Part shown: positions 57,730 to 64,000 of the stretch, piece by piece
Numbering within the stretch: the first letter of the stretch is position 1
Layout: each line of letters begins with the position of its first letter
Assembly: GCA_021787665.1 (NCBI GenBank)
Contig: JAJYLN010000011.1
Location: 2,197 to 66,196 of the forward strand
Reading direction: 5' to 3'
Source of the DNA: a bacterium
Lineage (GTDB): Bacteria > JAMCPX01
DNA: 64,000 nt
Position numbers and translations under genes: made by a program
Notes under the pieces: generated by a model
Told to the model about the DNA's origin: nothing
Databases searched by the model: none
What the model saw: only the letters and a program-made list of their open reading frames with translations

Positions 57730-57835
57730 TAATGGCAGCTTGCCCGATAGAGCGCCAGGGCGTCGGGTGAGCTACGCGATCAACATATTCCTTACCGATA
57801 AAGAATCTGCGCTGGTTGCAGCGTGGATTCTTCAA
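57730..57835. repeat. Double-hairpin intergenic element, copy 2
   Basis: AAGAATCTGCGCTG-GTTG-CAGCGTGGATTCTT at 57801-57832 plus a CCCGA..TCGGG stem. Aligns with copy 1 at 2673-2735. Confidence 0.6.
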
Positions 57836-57845
57836 CATAAACCGT

Positions 57846-57918
57846 GCGCCCGTAGCTCAGGGGATAGAGCGTCGGACTACGAATCCGCAGGTCGGGGGTT
57901 CAAATCCCCCCGGGCGCT
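57846..57918 (+). tRNA. tRNA-Arg (ACG), CCA not encoded
   Basis: Acceptor GCGCCCG/CGGGCGC, anticodon loop CTACGAA, T-arm GGGGG-TTCAAAT-CCCCC. Confidence 0.93.
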
Positions 57919-57966
57919 TTTATATTTCATATAGTTGCATGTTTTACTGATTTTACATTTCTTTCC

Positions 57967-57988
57967 AGTATTACCTTAGTATTACCTT
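57967..57988 (+). repeat. Tandem 11-bp direct repeat AGTATTACCTT x2 (possible integrase arm sites)
   Basis: Exact tandem copy about 50 bp downstream of the tRNA 3' end, in AT-rich DNA. Confidence 0.55.
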
Positions 57989-58306
57989 TTAAAACGATTT
58001 ATCAGCATACGCATTACATTTTTTGAAACACAAACTCTTTCTTTTAACTGTGAACTTCCTCTTGTAGAGCACTTAATACTTAATAGACCCTGGAAATATC
58101 CCTTCTAACCCTCATATTGCCCTGTCCATGGCCTTTTATGAGGGAGATCATCTAACCATATACCTTGTTAGTATCATTGCTCTTGGATTGTCACTAGGAA
58201 AGCAGGGAACTAATAATCGGGGTGAAGCTCAGAATTAGTGATTTTAGTTACCTGTTAAATGTCCTACTGCATTTTTTTACATAGGGTAGGCGTACCAGTC
58301 ATGTTG

Positions 58307-58729
58307 TCACAGACGGGACTCAAGTTCTTTTGCTGTTACATAGGGAACACCTCTGTCCAGCTTTATATTTTTACTACCCCCTGTAGCTCCTCGCCATTCT
58401 TTGGGAAAGTTCCAGATATTAAATCGTTCATCTGGGTACGTATCATAGCCAAGGTCGTCCCAGCTTAAACAATGAGCGAGGTGTGAAATCGCTGTCCTTT
58501 TCCCTGTGTTAATGTCCATATCAGTATCGAGGTACAAATTGTGTGCTGCCGTGATGGCACCAGTGAGAAAGTTCGCTGCTTGGATTCCCATAAAAGACCG
58601 AGAGTCTGCTTTTCTTACTTTTTTAAGAACACCTTTATTTTCAAGGTTAGCAAGAAAAGAATTGGATATTTTTTGAACTACCTCGTGTTGCTTTTCATAG
58701 TTATCTGGATGGTTGTCATAGTAAACCAC
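58307..58729 (-). pseudogene. C-terminal fragment of a DUF3800-like protein
   Basis: V.YD and DS....IQAANFLTGAI resemble the DUF3800 DS-x4-IQ-x-AD motif. An in-frame stop lies about 10 codons upstream and there is no N-terminal domain. Low GC. Confidence 0.5.
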
Positions 58730-58787
58730 ATACTCACCCGGTCGAACTTTAAATAGCCCCTATTTTATTTCGGGCGTCTATGCAGGG

Positions 58788-59798
58788 CTAAAAGGTGTAT
58801 TGGACACCGAGGATCCAGAAGATATCCATGCGGTAAATCCCGGGCGGAGGGGTTCGGTTGTATTCGATGACGTTTGATACCTTGAGGGCCAGGTTTCCTC
58901 CCAGTGCGGAGGTGAGGCTTGCTGAGTTTCTTGTCGTGTAGTTGTCTTTCTTGTCGACGCGGTAATACATAACGAAATATTCTGAAAACCGTACCGCCTT
59001 GTCAAATGCCCACAAAAAGGTACCGGCAGCACGCACGGTACTCCACTCGCCGTCCTTACCGACAAAGTGGTCCTCCGTGAAATACGAGTAACCGGCTTCC
59101 ACTGAAAGGGTACCCGATGGACCGCTCCATACCTGGTACCCTACGCCGGGTCCTTCCGCCGTGCGCACGCGGAGGTCCCTGAATTTATCCGTCAGCATCT
59201 CCATGTCGGCATATCCGTAAAAGGCATCCGTAAAAAGGTGCTCATATTTTGCCGAGCCATAGGCATTGCGGGCAGACATGATCCCCGCGTTCTGAGCATA
59301 GTTATAGAGGAAACGGAGGCCGGCATTGTCCCATGACGACTTCCAGAAGACGTCTGCCCCTATGGATGCACTCAGGACATGGGCATTGCCGGCTTGCGTA
59401 TTGGCACCGGCTGTGAGCGATCCGGACACCGAGCTCGGCGGCGGATTCAATGCCCGAATCTGATTCCAGTTCACCGTACCGGCGGATGCACCCTGCCCGG
59501 TTTGGATCTCGAGATTCCCGTTATTCCCCAGGGCAAATTTCCCTTTGATCGATGTGCCGTTTTTCAGTTGCACGTTCAGAGGTTTCTCCATGGTGATCTT
59601 TTTGATTGTATTTTTCTTTACGGTAATCGGCGACGAATAGTCCGTGGATATGACGAGTGTTCCTTTGCTCCCCCCGGTAATTTTCCCGGTGATCGTATCG
59701 CCGTTCTTGAGCACAACGGTATCTGCGCACACGGCCTGCGCACTCAAAAGAACCGCCGCAACAATGCTTCCATAAAATCCTAACAATCGTTTTGACAT
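58788..59798 (-). CDS. DUF481/YdiY-family outer-membrane beta-barrel
   Basis: Signal peptide, DTVVLKNGD.ITG N-domain, GN..., D.F.DL..R...GPGVGY and C-terminal GVQYTF. Confidence 0.8.
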   Translation of the reverse strand: MSKRLLGFYGSIVAAVLLSAQAVCADTVVLKNGDTITGKITGGSKGTLVISTDYSSPITVKKNTIKKITMEKPLNVQLKNGTSIKGKFALGNNGNLEIQTGQGASAGTVNWNQIRALNPPPSSVSGSLTAGANTQAGNAHVLSASIGADVFWKSSWDNAGLRFLYNYAQNAGIMSARNAYGSAKYEHLFTDAFYGYADMEMLTDKFRDLRVRTAEGPGVGYQVWSGPSGTLSVEAGYSYFTEDHFVGKDGEWSTVRAAGTFLWAFDKAVRFSEYFVMYYRVDKKDNYTTRNSASLTSALGGNLALKVSNVIEYNRTPPPGIYRMDIFWILGVQYTF

Positions 59799-59865
59799 TA
59801 TATCCGCGTTCTCCTGTTTTTTCTCTTGTGCTATCCTATTCCCGGTCGTGCGTCAATGTAATGTT

Positions 59866-62227
<2,362 letters not shown>

Positions 62228-62231
<4 letters not shown>

Positions 62232-63328
62232 ATACTGCGTACACCTGCGCCCGGGTCTCCCTGCGGGCCATCACGAAGAACCTCGGGGTAATACGGAAGC
62301 GCCTCGGCCGATCAGGCCGTGCCGGTGCAGCGGTCATGGCCGTGGTGAAGTCCGATGCTTATGGACACGGGATGGTCCCGGTGTCCGTTGCGCTCGAGGA
62401 GGCTGGCATAGATGCGCTCGGCGTAGCGTTCGTCCACGAGGGCGTACAGTTGCGGGACGCCGGCATCAGGGTGCCGATCTATATACTATCCGGCGTACAG
62501 CACGGGGAAGAGGGGGCCGTGATAGACAAGGGACTAAGCCCGCTCCTGTGCAGCAGGGAGCAGTTCAAGGCCCTGAATAGGGCAGCGGAGAAGAGGAGGA
62601 CGAGAATCGACGTCCACGTGAAGATCGATACCGGCATGGGAAGACTCGGGTTCGTGTACGATGAAGCGGAGTTGCTGGCCGGGTCCCTGGCCTGCTACAG
62701 CAATGTCCGCGTTACCGGCGTCGCAACGCACCTGTCGGACGCCGCGGGGTCGGCATACTACACCGGGCTGCAAATCAGGCGCTTCGAGGGAGCCAGGAGA
62801 TCGCTGGAATCTTCCCTGTCCCGGCGTCTCACGGCGCACGTTGCGAACACGGTCGCCCTGTTCAGCTACCCGGCTTCACACTTCGATATGGTGCGCCCCG
62901 GCATAGGTCTCTACGGCTATGGTGGAAAGGGGCTGAGCCCGGCCATGAGCGTCTTCTCGCATCTGATCTCCGTAAAGACCCTCAGGAAAGGCACCTGGGT
63001 AAGCTACGGAAGGACCCACAGGCTGAAGAGGGACACCAGGGTAGGTGTCATACCGATGGGCTATGCAGACGGCTACTCGCGTATGCTTTCGAACAGGGGT
63101 TTTGTTGGCATCAAGGGCAAAAAGGTATACAGTATAGGCATGGTCACGATGAACCACATCATGGTCGATATCAACGACGTGGACGCGCACGTAGGGGACG
63201 GGGTACTCGTCATCGGAGAAGACCGCGACATGCGCATCGGCGCCGACGAGATCGCCTCACGGGGCTCGACGATAAGTTACGAGATCCTCTGCGGCATGGG
63301 CCTGAACGTCAGACGGGTCTACGACTGA
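62228..63328 (+). CDS. alr: Alanine racemase
   Basis: AVVKSDAYGHG, HVKIDTGMGRLG, VRPGIGLYG, GYADGY and TISYE. Confidence 0.95.
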
Positions 63329-63329
63329 T

Positions 63330-64000
63330 ATGGCCTTCGAGCCGCTCAAGATATTCGAATACATAGGGGAGAGGTTTACCGCGTTCCTCGAAGAGCTCGG
63401 CGGCATATGTACTACCTTCGTGCAGTCCGTAGTGCTGCTCTTCATGCCCCCCCTCAGGTTAGACCTGTTTCTGAAGCAGATGGAATTCATCGGCGTCGAA
63501 TCGAGCTTCATCGTGCTCCTCACCGGCGCCTTCACCGGCATGGTCTTCGCCCTCCAGACGTCGTACGCATTCAGGCTCTTCGGAGCGCAGAACCTTATCG
63601 GGCCCTCCGTGGCGCTGTCTCTCGCGCGAGAGCTCGGTCCGGTGCTCAGTGGCCTCATGGTAACCGGGAGGGTGGGGTCCGCCATGGCGGCCGAGCTCGG
63701 GACGATGAAGGTAACCGAGCAGATAGACGCTCTCTCCACGATGGGTATAAACCCGGTACAGTACCTCGTCACACCCAGGGTGGTATCATCCATTCTCATG
63801 CTCCCCATGCTCACGGTACTGTTCGATTTTATCGGAATCGTGGGCAGCTATTTCATGGCCGTGTATCTGCTCGGACTGAACGGCGAGAGGTTCGTGAACG
63901 ACACCATCTATATGGTAGACCTCAAGGATGTGTACATCGGACTCCTGAAGGCAGCGGTGTTCGGCGCCCTCATCGCCGTCGTGGGGTGCTACAAAGGGTA
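63330..64000 (+). CDS. mlaE: MlaE-family ABC permease (3'-partial)
   Basis: Translated by hand from ATG 63330: LARELGPVLSGLMVTGRVGSAMAAELGTMKVTEQIDAL..MGINP..YLV.PR. Runs off the window. Confidence 0.9.
   Translation, partial: MAFEPLKIFEYIGERFTAFLEELGGICTTFVQSVVLLFMPPLRLDLFLKQMEFIGVESSFIVLLTGAFTGMVFALQTSYAFRLFGAQNLIGPSVALSLARELGPVLSGLMVTGRVGSAMAAELGTMKVTEQIDALSTMGINPVQYLVTPRVVSSILMLPMLTVLFDFIGIVGSYFMAVYLLGLNGERFVNDTIYMVDLKDVYIGLLKAAVFGALIAVVGCYKG

Overview
Bacterial chromosomal segment, mostly GC-rich. Gene content suggests a Deltaproteobacteria-like (Myxococcota/Desulfobacterota-related) Gram-negative organism; this is inference only. The housekeeping backbone is purB, an M16 peptidase-gmhB-gamma-CA-cNMP-guaB-guaA-dnaE-hfq-hflX run, a type II secretion cluster gspC-I (gspJ-N not adjacent), ffh-rpsP-trmD-rplS (no rimM/KH gene) ending in a membrane-anchored SMC/YhaN-like ATPase, tRNA-His(GTG), tRNA-Arg(ACG), ttcA and glnB-envC-alr-mlaE. 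Accessory blocks: (1) a kinase-less KdpD-like sensor and a frameshifted apgM; (2) a five-gene envelope operon (DUF4398/Ig/beta-barrel lipoprotein, Ig-repeat/PQQ-propeller lipoprotein, barrel-CarboxypepD-OmpA protein, GT4, polysaccharide deacetylase); (3) a membrane-anchored pentapeptide-repeat/Zn-ribbon protein with an FHA-GAF adenylyl cyclase, facing an orphan GAF/CheY pair; (4) a candidate glycolipid/sterol-processing cluster around tRNA-His; (5) a TrkH-less APC-small membrane protein-Usp-TrkA-TrkA operon; (6) an AT-rich remnant after tRNA-Arg with a DUF3800-like fragment. Two diverged copies of a ~110-bp double-hairpin element lie 55 kb apart. No CRISPR array, rRNA, intact transposase or integrase was seen. 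All family calls come from motif recognition by eye, not database searches.
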